The position numbers and the translations under genes are program-made. A stretch of 64,000 bases of DNA. It comes from an uncultured delta proteobacterium (lineage in GTDB: Bacteria; Desulfobacterota; Desulfobacteria; Desulfobacterales; SG8-13). The stretch covers positions 30,061 to 94,060 of the forward strand of contig CAWKCK010000012.1 in NCBI GenBank assembly GCA_963848135.1, in the 5' to 3' direction. The notes below the pieces were generated by a model, which was not told the DNA's origin, did not search any database, and saw only the letters and a list, made by a program, of their open reading frames with translations. Of the stretch, positions 1 through 10,144 are shown one piece after another; positions within the stretch are counted from its first letter, which is position 1; each line of letters opens with the position of its first letter.

Positions 1-85
1 AAGTGACACTGTTACCATAAAATCTTTTTTGTGTTCGGTAATTAAGGTTAACTTCAGAAAACCCAAAACAAAGGAGGTAGAGGGA

Positions 86-247
86 ATGGCAAAATATGTT
101 TGTACGATTTGCGGTTATGTGTACGATCCAGCTCAAGGTGACCCGGACAATGGCGTGGCTGCCGGAACAAACTTTGATGATGTGCCCGACGATTGGACCT
201 GTCCCGTTTGCGGTGCCGGTAAAGATGACTTCGAGGTAGAAGAGTAA
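86..247 (+). CDS. rub: Rubredoxin
   Basis: [15 protein letters not shown]...WTCPVCG has two CxxC motifs, 53 aa; GGAGG/GAGGG RBS upstream of ATG 86. Confidence 0.97.
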   Translation: MAKYVCTICGYVYDPAQGDPDNGVAAGTNFDDVPDDWTCPVCGAGKDDFEVEE

Positions 248-403
248 AATCGGATCCATACCTCAATCCGAGCGAGCCCGTTAATACGGATCTACCGATA
301 ATAGGCTCATTCAGGCAGGATTCTTCCAAAACTAACAGACAAATACATTGCCCGCTGAATCGGCTCATGCCTGCAGGCAATGCCTTGCATCATTTGCGAT
401 ACC

Positions 404-440
404 CGATGCCCTTTTTGCGGTCATGGCAAAAAGGGCATCG
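404..440 (+). terminator. Perfect 15-bp hairpin between rub and fprA (terminator or mRNA-stability element)
   Basis: CGATGCCCTTTTTGC-ggtcatg-GCAAAAAGGGCATCG, followed by atactttt. Confidence 0.55.
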
Positions 441-466
441 ATACTTTTCACCCTGAGGATAACAAG

Positions 467-1660
467 ATGAGACCGATCGAAATTGCCAAAGGAATTTATG
501 ATGTCGGTGTCAACGATTGGAATATCAGTGATTTCCACGGTTACTCGACACCTTTCGGAACGAGCTATAATGCTTTTTTAATCATCGATGAAAAAATCGC
601 GCTGATCGATACGGTTAAAGCCGAGTTCGCCGATGAGCTGCTTTACAATATCGCCAAGGTCGTCGACCCCAAAAAAATCGATCTGGTTGTCAGTAATCAC
701 ACCGAGATGGATCACTCTGGTGGTCTTGCCCGCATCATGCATCGTATTGGGGAAGAAAAACCACTCTACTGTTCCAAGATGGGGAAGAAAAACCTCGCAC
801 GGCATTTTCGTCAGAATATGAACTATCAAGCGGTGGAGAGTGGGCAGGCCGTAAGCTTGGGAAAACGGACCCTCACTTTTATTGAAACGCGGATGCTTCA
901 CTGGCCTGATAGTATGTTCACCTATCTGAAAGAAGACCACATCCTGTTTTCGAGCGACGGTTTCGGACAGCATTACGCCGGGCATGAAAAGTTCGACGAT
1001 CAGATCGGCGATGCCATTATGCCCCATGCGAAGAAGTATTTTGCGAACATCCTATTGCTCTACTCCCCATTGATTCTCAAGTTGGTGGACAAGGTCACGG
1101 AAATGGGTCTTCCAATCGACATGATCTGTCCGGATCACGGCGTAATTTGGCGTGAAGATCCATCTAAAATCATCAACGCCTATGTCCGCTGGAGCGGTCA
1201 GGAGCCGAAGAAAAAAGCGCTCGTCATCTATGACACCATGTGGCACAGCACCGAAATGATGGCCAATGCTATCGCTGCGGGCATCAGCGCAAAAGGTGTG
1301 GACGTTCGGCCGATGTACCTCAGGAAATGGCATCGCAGTGATATCATGACCGAAGTGCTGGATGCCAAAGCCATCGTCGTCGGGTCGCCGACCCTCAATA
1401 ATGGGTTGTTCCCGACCCTGGCTGATTTTCTGACCTACATGAAAGGGTTGAAGCCGAAGGGTAAAATCGGAGCCGCATTCGGCTCTTACGGTTGGAGCGG
1501 TGAGGCTGTCAAGTTGCTCGAAAATGAACTGACGGCCATGAACATCGATATCGTCGAACCGGGCCTTCGGGTTCAGTACGTTCCCGGCAGCGATGCGCTG
1601 GACGCCTGCACTGAATTTGGTCGAAAAATTGGGTCCGTAATCGCTGGATCGTCCGGGTAA
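467..1660 (+). CDS. fprA: Flavodiiron protein (FprA / rubredoxin:oxygen oxidoreductase type)
   Basis: HTEMDH, LHWPD, SSDGFGQH and PDHG diiron motifs; C-terminal flavodoxin domain (GSPTLN, FGSYGWSGEA); follows rubredoxin. Start set at ATG 467 (MRPIEI). Confidence 0.95.
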   Translation: MRPIEIAKGIYDVGVNDWNISDFHGYSTPFGTSYNAFLIIDEKIALIDTVKAEFADELLYNIAKVVDPKKIDLVVSNHTEMDHSGGLARIMHRIGEEKPLYCSKMGKKNLARHFRQNMNYQAVESGQAVSLGKRTLTFIETRMLHWPDSMFTYLKEDHILFSSDGFGQHYAGHEKFDDQIGDAIMPHAKKYFANILLLYSPLILKLVDKVTEMGLPIDMICPDHGVIWREDPSKIINAYVRWSGQEPKKKALVIYDTMWHSTEMMANAIAAGISAKGVDVRPMYLRKWHRSDIMTEVLDAKAIVVGSPTLNNGLFPTLADFLTYMKGLKPKGKIGAAFGSYGWSGEAVKLLENELTAMNIDIVEPGLRVQYVPGSDALDACTEFGRKIGSVIAGSSG

Positions 1661-1739
1661 TTAATACCAAAAGGATCTTCCGGCATTGCATCAAGGATAC
1701 CGGGCGATCGACTTTTAACCAAAAATGCTTGAACTTGAA

Positions 1740-1931
1740 ATGAAAATACCGGTAGTTGAGTTGAGCGAATGTATCCTGTGCGAAGTCTGCGTCGCAGCTT
1801 GTCCGTCCGTTTTCAGGATGAACGATGCCGGCTATATCGAGGTGGCTGACCTTGCGACATATCCGGAGCCCGAGGTCGAAGAAGCCATTAAAAACTGCCC
1901 GACTGACTGCATACATTGGGCCGAAAATTGA
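1740..1931 (+). CDS. Monocluster ferredoxin
   Basis: CILCEVC...CP...CPTDCI pattern, 63 aa. Confidence 0.9.
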   Translation: MKIPVVELSECILCEVCVAACPSVFRMNDAGYIEVADLATYPEPEVEEAIKNCPTDCIHWAEN

Positions 1932-2039
1932 TTTGCTGTCATCGGGTATGGCGGATTACCGTGATCAGGGATATGACGTCATCACGTTTTAGCCCGTGTC
2001 CATCCATAAATGAACTTATTCGTTCAATCCGCAGGCCCC

Positions 2040-2726
2040 ATGATGAAATCAAGACTCTCCGGCCGGCAGTTGAAGAAGGCCGTTATTGAACTTCTGCAAC
2101 AACCGGACTTTAACGCCGGTATCCAGGAGATCTGCCGGTTTCCCTACCGTCAGGTCGTCAATCCCCTGTTTTCTTTTCTCTACAGTCTCGACGATACAAT
2201 CAAGTGGCGAGCCGTCAGTGCCATGGGGGCGGTTATTGCGCGGTTGGCCGAAGAAGAGCTGGAATCGGCCCGAATCGTTATGCGCCGCTTTATATGGAAC
2301 CTGAACGATGAATCGGGGGGGATCGGCTGGGGTTCGCCTGAAGCGATGGGAGAGACGATGGCCCTCAGCAAAACTCTCGCGGATGAGTATGCGGCCATTC
2401 TGGTATCTTACATCCGACCGGATGGAAATTATCTCGAACACGAGGACCTCCAGTCCGGCGTGCTCTGGGGCATCGGCCGCCTGGCCCATGCCAGGCCTGC
2501 CCATGTGTCCGATGCCGCTCCGTTTCTCTGTGCCTACATGGAATCTGGCAGACCGGCGCTGCGCGGGCTGGCCGCATGGGCCGCCATGGCTCTGCCGACC
2601 GGCCATACGGATGTCTGCTTGAAGGCGCTAAAAGACGACAGGTCGGTTGTCAGAATTTATCATGACGGTATATTTGCGGCCTATCGAATCTGCGACCTGG
2701 TTGCCGGTCAGGCTGAGGCGCAGTGA
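2040..2726 (+). CDS. DVU0298-like HEAT-repeat protein
   Basis: RRFIWNLNDESGGIGWGSPEAMGE signature; alpha-helical repeats; start uncertain (2010 or 2040). Confidence 0.8.
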   Translation: MMKSRLSGRQLKKAVIELLQQPDFNAGIQEICRFPYRQVVNPLFSFLYSLDDTIKWRAVSAMGAVIARLAEEELESARIVMRRFIWNLNDESGGIGWGSPEAMGETMALSKTLADEYAAILVSYIRPDGNYLEHEDLQSGVLWGIGRLAHARPAHVSDAAPFLCAYMESGRPALRGLAAWAAMALPTGHTDVCLKALKDDRSVVRIYHDGIFAAYRICDLVAGQAEAQ

Positions 2727-2760
2727 TCTCGGGGTCGTTGACTTTGAACTGTTGCCCGGA

Positions 2761-4173
2761 TCAATCTGCCACGCTATAGAGCGTGTGAAGTTCTCCTCGG
2801 GCCCGTTTGAGATTCGAAAGCGCGACGGTGTAATCGTAGTAGGCGGCAATGTTGCTGGTGCGGGTGGCCGTCAAGCCAACCTGGGCGGTCAAAAGGTCCG
2901 TTAAAGCGGCCACACCTTCCCGATAACGCACCCGGGTGATCCGCAGCGATTCTTCCGCACTTTCAACACTCTTGTGGGCGACATCAAGGCGCTGCCACGA
3001 TTCAACCGCATGGATCTGAGCCCTTCTGATATCCAGTTTCAGTTCGTTGCGTACCTTCAGCGCCTGCTGCCGTGCGGCATCCCACTGGGCTTTGGCTTTG
3101 CGGATGGCGCCGGAATTGCGATATCCGGTAAACAGGTCCCACTCGGCGGTAATACCGACCAGATAACTGCCTTCGAAGGAATCCAAATTGCCGCTGTCCA
3201 GATCATAAGACCCGTACGCATTGATTACCGGAAAGTACAGGCGTTTATTTCTCAGGTACTCTTTTTCCTTGGCCTGTGCCATCTTGTTGGTAGCCTTGAA
3301 TTCCGGGCGGTTTTCGATCGCATCGAGATCGAGATCGCTCGACGGGGGCGCCAGGGCCTTTCTTTCGGGCACGGGCTGGTTTTGCGGCGTGATAAAGTCG
3401 TGCCCGATAGCGGCGTTTAAGGCGGCTATGGTCAGATCCGCACCGTTTTGAGCGCGAATCAGGTTTTCCTGAGCCTGGGCCAATTGCACTTCCAGGTTTA
3501 GCACGTCCGTCTTGACTGCGGCCCCGGCCTTGAAGCGGGATTGGGCCGTCTGAAGGCTTTCTTCCAGGCTGGCGACAGTTTCTTGTTGAACAGTCACAAA
3601 ATCAAGGGCTTGAAGCACTCCGAAATAACCGCGCGTGACCTGATAGATCAGTTCGTTGCGGACACTTTGGAGTTGAAAATCGGCAGCATCGGCACCCAAC
3701 TCGACACTCTCGGACTGCATTCGGCGCTGACCGAAATCGTAAACCCGATACTTGAGAGCGGCGGAAAGCCGAAGGTTGTCGGTGTTACCGGGGTCGTTAG
3801 GATCAAAGTCCGGCGATCTGATATCAAGGGTGCGCTGGTTGAGCTGCATCATAAAGGCCTGGGTTGGGTTATCCGTTGCCGCGTAGGTTCCGGCTACCGA
3901 GAGTTGCGGAAAATAGGTTGAACCGGTTTCCGTAATCAACGCCCGGGCGGCATCGACCCGCATGGCTGCAGCCGTGGCATCGGGATTGCGGGCGAGCGCT
4001 TCGTGAATGCATTCATGAAGGGTGACGGCCTCTGCCAGGGTCCCTGTAAAAATAAATATCCAGACTAGGCAGAGATACAGGATGGACGCCGAGCGCCTGG
4101 CCGAATCCTGCCATAGCGCTGCTAATGGCCGCACCGGTAAAACCCCAAGGCCCACTACAGTAGACACAAACAT
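2761..4173 (-). CDS. TolC-family outer-membrane efflux protein
   Basis: TLHECIHEALARNP, two OEP-like halves, RYREGVAALTDLLTAQ; ATG 4173 preceded by GGAGGAG. Confidence 0.9.
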   Translation of the reverse strand: MFVSTVVGLGVLPVRPLAALWQDSARRSASILYLCLVWIFIFTGTLAEAVTLHECIHEALARNPDATAAAMRVDAARALITETGSTYFPQLSVAGTYAATDNPTQAFMMQLNQRTLDIRSPDFDPNDPGNTDNLRLSAALKYRVYDFGQRRMQSESVELGADAADFQLQSVRNELIYQVTRGYFGVLQALDFVTVQQETVASLEESLQTAQSRFKAGAAVKTDVLNLEVQLAQAQENLIRAQNGADLTIAALNAAIGHDFITPQNQPVPERKALAPPSSDLDLDAIENRPEFKATNKMAQAKEKEYLRNKRLYFPVINAYGSYDLDSGNLDSFEGSYLVGITAEWDLFTGYRNSGAIRKAKAQWDAARQQALKVRNELKLDIRRAQIHAVESWQRLDVAHKSVESAEESLRITRVRYREGVAALTDLLTAQVGLTATRTSNIAAYYDYTVALSNLKRARGELHTLYSVAD

Positions 4174-4630
4174 TCTCTCTCCTCCGTTATATCGGATTTC
4201 GTTTGAACCGATACCGCCCGGAAACGAAATTCCGCCCCCGGAAATAATATTAAAATTGGAAACCATGTCAACAGCTGTTTGAACGACTTCCCTCCAATAT
4301 AAAATACCAACGAGACGCCGGTAAAAATTCCTGTTATAAAGAAATTGATAATACGCTCACAGAGATGCTAATTAGTGTCCATTCCAAAATGGCCTTTTTT
4401 CCGTTGGGTCTCGCCCTGGCGGGATTCTCCGCAGGTTTGCGGCTGCGGTCTACGCACAGTACGCCTCGCCGAAAACCTTTTTGCAGTCTTGCCCAGCGGA
4501 AAAAATTCTCATTTATGAATTGGACACTCAATCGTGCCATCACCACTTTTGTGGACGGACACTAATAAAAAAAATTGGCAACGCCGTTTCGAGATGCTTT
4601 GTCCTCAAAGGCATTAATGAAGGGGGAAAA

Positions 4631-5245
4631 TTGAATAAAAACCAGGCTGACAAAACCGAACGGGAAAAGGCGCCCCGGAGACGGCGGTTGATTGGAGACC
4701 GGGGCAGTCATTTCTTGAACCGAATGGAAGGCGAGACTGCCGCCAACATCTCGGCCTGTTATCAATGTGAGCGCTGCACCAACTCCTGCCCGGTATCGGC
4801 CTATATGGACGTCAAACCCCATCAGGTGATCCGATACGTCCAATTGGGCTGGCGCGAGGAACTGCTGCAGTCCACAACGATCTGGGTCTGCCTTTCCTGC
4901 GAGATGTGCACCACTTACTGCCCCAATGAGGTCAGCGTGGCGGAGACCATCCTGCACCTGCGCAGCATGGCCGCCCGCTCCACCGTGCCACCGAGGGAAA
5001 AGCAGCTGGCGGTTTTTCATCAGACGTTTCTCGAAGAACTTCAACGCCTCGGGCGCGTCAATGAGGTCTGGTTGATGGCGGCGCTTAACCGCAAACCCGG
5101 TATCCTGGTGGAAAAGCTCAAATCCGGGGAGTTGAAAAAAGAACTCGAACTGGGGTTGACACTCTGGCGCAAAGGCAAATTGAACCTGTTGCCCCGTCGC
5201 AGCAAAGCCATAAAAGAGATTCAGGAAATATACAACAAAAGGTAA
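4631..5245 (+). CDS. hdrC: Heterodisulfide reductase subunit C-like Fe-S protein
   Basis: CYQCERCTNSCP and IWVCLSCEMCTTYCP; probable TTG start at 4631 after GAAGGGGG. Confidence 0.88.
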   Translation: MNKNQADKTEREKAPRRRRLIGDRGSHFLNRMEGETAANISACYQCERCTNSCPVSAYMDVKPHQVIRYVQLGWREELLQSTTIWVCLSCEMCTTYCPNEVSVAETILHLRSMAARSTVPPREKQLAVFHQTFLEELQRLGRVNEVWLMAALNRKPGILVEKLKSGELKKELELGLTLWRKGKLNLLPRRSKAIKEIQEIYNKR

Positions 5246-5260
5246 GGCGGTAAACGTCGT

Positions 5261-6100
5261 ATGAAGCTGGCATTCTATCCGGGCTGCTCTCTGGAAGGCA
5301 TGGCCAATGACTATGCCCACTCGATCATTGCGGTGTTCAAGCATCTGGACATTGAATTGGTGGAAATCGAAGACTGGTCCTGCTGTGGCGCCACGGCGGC
5401 CCATAGCTTGAGCGAATCGATGGCTGTCGCCCTTCCCGCCAGAAATATCGCTGCTGCGGAGAAAATGGGGCTCGATATCATTTCGCCCTGCGCCAACTGT
5501 TTTAACCGGTTACGGTATTCCCAGGCCATGCTGCAAAAAAAAATCTATGACGTTCCCTGGCCGGTGACCGGTAACATTGCCATCCATGACATGACCCGTT
5601 TTCTGGCCCAACCGGACATGCTCGCGCAAATCAAGGCCCGTGTTCGCAGGTCACTGAAAGGTCTGAAGATCGTTAGTTATTACGGTTGTCAGATGGTCCG
5701 GCCACCGCGAATCACGGGATATACTGACTACGAAAACCCCATGACAATCGACGATCTGGCCGCGGCTGCCGGTGCCGAGGTGCTGGACTGGTCCTACAAA
5801 ACCACCTGCTGCGGTGCCAGCATCGGCATTGGCCGCCGGGATATTCAGGAATATCTTACCCAACGATTGGTCGATAGAGCCCGTCAGACCGGTGCTGAGG
5901 CCGTGGTGGTGTCTTGCCCCCTGTGCCAGGCCAACCTCGACATGATCCAAAAAGGGAGTACTGACGTGCCCCTGCCGATTTTCTATTTCACCGAACTGCT
6001 GCGCCTGGCATTCGATGCCGCCAAAGGAACCCCAAAGTGGTTTCGGATGCACATCACCAATCCGGTGCCTCTGTTGAAATCAAAGGATCTGCTGAGTTGA
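5261..6100 (+). CDS. hdrB: Heterodisulfide reductase subunit B
   Basis: FYPGCSL, WSCCGA, YYGC, CCGA and CPLCQANLD (two CCG domains). Confidence 0.93.
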   Translation: MKLAFYPGCSLEGMANDYAHSIIAVFKHLDIELVEIEDWSCCGATAAHSLSESMAVALPARNIAAAEKMGLDIISPCANCFNRLRYSQAMLQKKIYDVPWPVTGNIAIHDMTRFLAQPDMLAQIKARVRRSLKGLKIVSYYGCQMVRPPRITGYTDYENPMTIDDLAAAAGAEVLDWSYKTTCCGASIGIGRRDIQEYLTQRLVDRARQTGAEAVVVSCPLCQANLDMIQKGSTDVPLPIFYFTELLRLAFDAAKGTPKWFRMHITNPVPLLKSKDLLS

Positions 6101-9100
6101 ACGATCTAACGAAAAAAACATCGATTCCTCACCGATCGGTCGGACGGGTCATTGTTATCGGCGGTGGCATTGGCGGAATTCAGTGTGCCATCGATTTGGC
6201 CGAGACAGGCTTCTATGTCTATCTGCTCGACAAGACCCATACCCTCGGTGGGACCATGGCCCGCCTGGACAAGACCTTTCCCACTAACGACTGTTCGACC
6301 TGCATGTTTTCCCCCAAGCTGGTTCAGGTGGCCGGCAACCCCAACATCGAGATCATTCCCTCCAGCCGGCTGCTGGCGTTGGAAGGTGAACCGGGTCATT
6401 TTAAGGCCCGCATTGAAAAACAACCCCGTTTCATCAATGTCGAAAAATGTATCGCCTGCGGGCAATGCGCCCAGAAGTGCCCTAAAAAAGTTCCTGACCC
6501 CTTTAACGGCGAACTCGGGTTTCGCAAGGCGGCCTTTCTGACTTTCCCCCAGGCCGTACCGTTGAAGTATGCTCTGGATGCCGAGCACTGCCTCTACCTG
6601 ACCCGCAAACGTTGCGGTCTGTGTAAGAAGATCTGTCCCACAGATGCGGTTGAATTCGACCAACAACCGCAGGAGATTATCCTCGAAGCAGGTGCCGTTG
6701 TATTGTCGACCGGTTTTGAGCTGGCATTGACCGCCCGAGAGGGCGAGTATGGATATGGCCGTTACCGTAATGTTGTGACGTCGCTTCAGTATGAACGGAT
6801 GCTGTCTGCCACCGGGCCATACGCCGGGCATCTGCAGTGCCCCTCCGACGGTCACGTGCCGAAGAAAGTCGCCTGGATTCAGTGCGTGATGTCACGGGAC
6901 GTCGCCCGCAACCGGCCCTTCTGCTCTTCGGTTTGCTGCATGCACGCCGCCAAGCAGGCCGTGTTGACCCGCAGCCATGAGCCAGAGACGGAAACGACCA
7001 TATATTTCATGGACATCAGGGCGCATGGAAAAGGGTTTGACGATTATATCGAACGGGCCCGTCACACCCATGGTGTCCGCTATAGGCGGTCGTTGATATC
7101 GCAGGTTTATCTCAACCCGGATAACGAGAACCTGATCATCGAAACCTTCGATCATCACCGCAATCGCAAGGTGGAAGAAGAGTACGATCTTGTGGTTCTC
7201 TCCAGCGGTTTCAAGCCTTCCGACGACTGGAACGATCTTGTCAATCGGCTGGGGTTGACCGTCGGCCCCTATGGCTTCATAACGGCCGATTTCGACGATC
7301 CCGTCGCCACCTCCCGGGAGGGTGTGTTTGCCTGCGGTGGCATCGAGTCACCAAAGGACATTCCGGAAACGGTCATCCAGGCCGGCGCCGCCGCCGCCGA
7401 GGCGGCGGTGGTCATCCAATCCGGCCGGAATACGGCCACAATTTCTGTGGAGGAGATCCCGGAGCGGTTCGATGACGGCAAACCCCGTATCGGTGTTTTT
7501 GTTTGCCACTGCGGGTCGAATATCGCCGGGGTGGTCGACATCCCCAGCTTGATGCCGCAGATCGAAAAAATGCCCTATGTGGAATTTGCCACTGATTTTA
7601 TTTTCACCTGTTCGGCCGAGACCCAGCAACCGCTGATCGATCTGATCAAGAAACACCGCTTGAACCGCGTTGTCGTGGCGGCCTGTTCGCCGAAGACCCA
7701 TGAACCGCTCTTTCGGGAGACCTTACGAAAAGCCGGGTTGAATCCGTATCTGTTTGAAATGGCCAATATCCGCAATCAGTGCTCGTGGGTCCATGGAAGT
7801 CAGCCGTCCAAGGCGACCGAGAAATCACTCGATCTGATCCGGGGGAGTGTCTCCAGAGCGAGCCACCTGGAACCGTTAAAAGACCAAAGTTACCGTGTCG
7901 CGCATCAGGCCCTGATTATCGGAGGAGGGTTGGCTGGAATGCACGCTGCACTCAAGCTGGCCGATCAGGGGTATCCCGTCCACCTGGTTGAAAAAGAGAC
8001 CCGATTGGGTGGATTTGCCCGGAAATTGACCGAGACCTTGGAGGGGGATTCGCCCCTAAGACTCGTTCGCAATATGGCAGATAAGGTGCAGCGCCACCCT
8101 TTGATTAACCTCTCCCTGAACAGTCGTTTGACAGCCCACCGAGGACATGTGGGCGCTTTTACAGGTACGATCGCCGGAGAGGACGGGAAGCGGGAAATTA
8201 ATTACGGAGCCGTGATTGTGGCGACGGGCGGCCGGGCATACGAACCCCAGGAACACCGTTACGGAGAGGATGAGCGAGTAATGGCCCAGGTCGATCTTTC
8301 ACGCCGCATCAAGCAGGACCCAGCCTGGGTTCAGCGGCTTGAGCGGGTGGTCATGATACAGTGCGTCGGTTCCCGCAATGAGGACTTCACCTTTTGCAGC
8401 CGGGTGTGCTGCAGCGCCGCGGTCAAGAACAGTATTTCCATAAAGGAATTCAACCCCGATGCCCAGGTCGTGATCCTTTACCGGGACCTGCGAACATTTG
8501 GATTCAAAGAACTTTACTACCTTAAAGCCCGCCGGATGGGGGTCATGTTCTTCCGCTTCATTCCCGAGGAACCGCCCCTCGTGACTAACGATACGGACGG
8601 TAAATTGACAGTCGATTTCAGTGACCGCAGTTCCCATCAGGATTTTCGGGTGGAATCCGACCTCGTGGTGCTGAGTGCCGGCATGCGCCCCAGTACCGGT
8701 GCCGACCAGATCGCTCCGATACTAAAACTGCCGCGGACCCATGAGGGGTTTTTCCTGGAGGCACACGTCAAATTGCAGCCACTTGAATTTGCGTCCCCGG
8801 GGATCTTTCTGGCCGGCCTGGCGCACAGCCCGCGGTTTATTCCCGAAGCCCTTGCCATGGCCGGCGGGGCGGCCCAGCAAGCCGCTAAAATTCTTTCCAA
8901 GGAACAGATGTCGACACCGGCGACCGTGGCCGAGGTCAATCCCGACCTCTGCGTCGCTTGCCTGGCCTGCGTACGCTCTTGCCCCTTCGAAGCCCCTATT
9001 ATCAACGCCGACGGCGTGTCGGAGATACCACCGGCCAAGTGCCGGGGTTGCGGTATCTGCATCGTCGAATGCCCGGCCAGGGCCATCACTCTCAAGCACA

Positions 9101-9150
9101 GCACCGATGAGCAGATCGAGGCCAAGATCGATGCCCTCCTCGATCATTAG
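6097..9150 (+). CDS. hdrA: Heterodisulfide reductase subunit A-like flavoprotein (about 1017 aa, two FAD modules)
   Basis: GGGIGG, LDKTFPTNDCSTC, CSSVCCM, CHCGSNIA, NIRNQCSWVH, CSRVCC and a C-terminal 2x[4Fe-4S] domain; TTG start overlaps the hdrB stop. Confidence 0.95.
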   Translation: MNDLTKKTSIPHRSVGRVIVIGGGIGGIQCAIDLAETGFYVYLLDKTHTLGGTMARLDKTFPTNDCSTCMFSPKLVQVAGNPNIEIIPSSRLLALEGEPGHFKARIEKQPRFINVEKCIACGQCAQKCPKKVPDPFNGELGFRKAAFLTFPQAVPLKYALDAEHCLYLTRKRCGLCKKICPTDAVEFDQQPQEIILEAGAVVLSTGFELALTAREGEYGYGRYRNVVTSLQYERMLSATGPYAGHLQCPSDGHVPKKVAWIQCVMSRDVARNRPFCSSVCCMHAAKQAVLTRSHEPETETTIYFMDIRAHGKGFDDYIERARHTHGVRYRRSLISQVYLNPDNENLIIETFDHHRNRKVEEEYDLVVLSSGFKPSDDWNDLVNRLGLTVGPYGFITADFDDPVATSREGVFACGGIESPKDIPETVIQAGAAAAEAAVVIQSGRNTATISVEEIPERFDDGKPRIGVFVCHCGSNIAGVVDIPSLMPQIEKMPYVEFATDFIFTCSAETQQPLIDLIKKHRLNRVVVAACSPKTHEPLFRETLRKAGLNPYLFEMANIRNQCSWVHGSQPSKATEKSLDLIRGSVSRASHLEPLKDQSYRVAHQALIIGGGLAGMHAALKLADQGYPVHLVEKETRLGGFARKLTETLEGDSPLRLVRNMADKVQRHPLINLSLNSRLTAHRGHVGAFTGTIAGEDGKREINYGAVIVATGGRAYEPQEHRYGEDERVMAQVDLSRRIKQDPAWVQRLERVVMIQCVGSRNEDFTFCSRVCCSAAVKNSISIKEFNPDAQVVILYRDLRTFGFKELYYLKARRMGVMFFRFIPEEPPLVTNDTDGKLTVDFSDRSSHQDFRVESDLVVLSAGMRPSTGADQIAPILKLPRTHEGFFLEAHVKLQPLEFASPGIFLAGLAHSPRFIPEALAMAGGAAQQAAKILSKEQMSTPATVAEVNPDLCVACLACVRSCPFEAPIINADGVSEIPPAKCRGCGICIVECPARAITLKHSTDEQIEAKIDALLDH

Positions 9151-9193
9151 TCTGCATATTTCACCATTCCATGCGCAATGTCTTTTAGATATT

Positions 9194-9835
9194 TCAATTA
9201 GGGTTGAATTCAGGAAGCTCAACCTGCACCAGCTTCGCCCCCGTAAAATCACACCGGCGCAGCCTGGTGCCTGTCATGTCGCACAGGGCGATGCTTGCAT
9301 TAGTAAAATCACATTCTTGCAAATCAGCGTTGTTGAATTCCGTGTTCTTCAAGACGGCCCTTTTAAACCGTGTTCTTTTCAGATGAGAAGATGCAAAACT
9401 GGCAAAGTGGAAACGGGCTCCGCTGAAGTTGGATCCTCCGATAATTGACTGCCAGAACCATGTATTGTGCAAATGGGAATTTTCAAAATCGGTCGATTCG
9501 AGGATTGCTTTGGAAAAATTGGTAAACTGCAAATGGGCTCCGGAAATAATTGCGTTGGACAGGTTCGCGCCCGCGAGATTCGCCCATTGAAGGTTCGCGT
9601 TTTTTAAACGGCAACCCTCCAATTCAGCGTCGGTTAGATCGGCTGCTCGTAACAGGATCCTGCTCATATCCGCACCGACCAGGCAGGCGCCTTTGAGTTT
9701 GACTCCCTGGAGATCCAAGTCCGATAAATCGAATCCGTCTAACATGGCACGTTGCCCGTTTTCACCGATTGTCTCTATCCATAACTGATGGTCTTCGAAG
9801 CACTTTCTTAGCCCGGGGGGAATGGATTTCAGCAT
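9194..9835 (-). CDS. Pentapeptide-repeat protein
   Basis: Tandem A(D/N)Lxx repeats after an N-terminal HQLWIET segment. Confidence 0.9.
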   Translation of the reverse strand: MLKSIPPGLRKCFEDHQLWIETIGENGQRAMLDGFDLSDLDLQGVKLKGACLVGADMSRILLRAADLTDAELEGCRLKNANLQWANLAGANLSNAIISGAHLQFTNFSKAILESTDFENSHLHNTWFWQSIIGGSNFSGARFHFASFASSHLKRTRFKRAVLKNTEFNNADLQECDFTNASIALCDMTGTRLRRCDFTGAKLVQVELPEFNPN

Positions 9836-9968
9836 TTATTACTCTCAATTATATTTGGTTTGATGTCGCTTTCTTGCGGTACGATATATGACCAATGATT
9901 TATTCAGTAGATTTTCATCGGAGTTTAAAAGGACTATACAATTATGTACAGTCCTTCTGTTGCTTATT

Positions 9969-10090
9969 GCGCCGTACACCAATACATAGCCGCTATTTGA
10001 ACCGAGTCCCAAGGACTTGAAAGCGGGGGGGTATAGCCTGAGGTCGATGTGGTTCAGCTCGGCCACCTCCATGCATGGTACAGGACAGCA
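9969..10090 (-). ncRNA. Candidate rod-shaped structured RNA (short 6S-like), strand uncertain
   Basis: Nested complementary segments GTACCATGCATGG/CTATGTATTGGTGTAC, GCCG/CGGC, TGAACC/GGTTCA and CCTCAGG/CCTTGGG around a C-rich loop; intergenic. Confidence 0.5.
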
Positions 10091-10144
10091 GCAAAAACAT
10101 CGATACACTTTGTGATTTCCGATTAAGAATTGAAAAATGTTTCG

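Noticed and set aside
4562-5404. Long antisense or alternative-frame ORFs (e.g. 4562..5404, 6106..6855, 27617..28381, 39122..39832, 49687..50496)
   Set aside because: They shadow well-supported genes on the opposite strand and have no recognisable motifs, as expected in GC-rich coding DNA.
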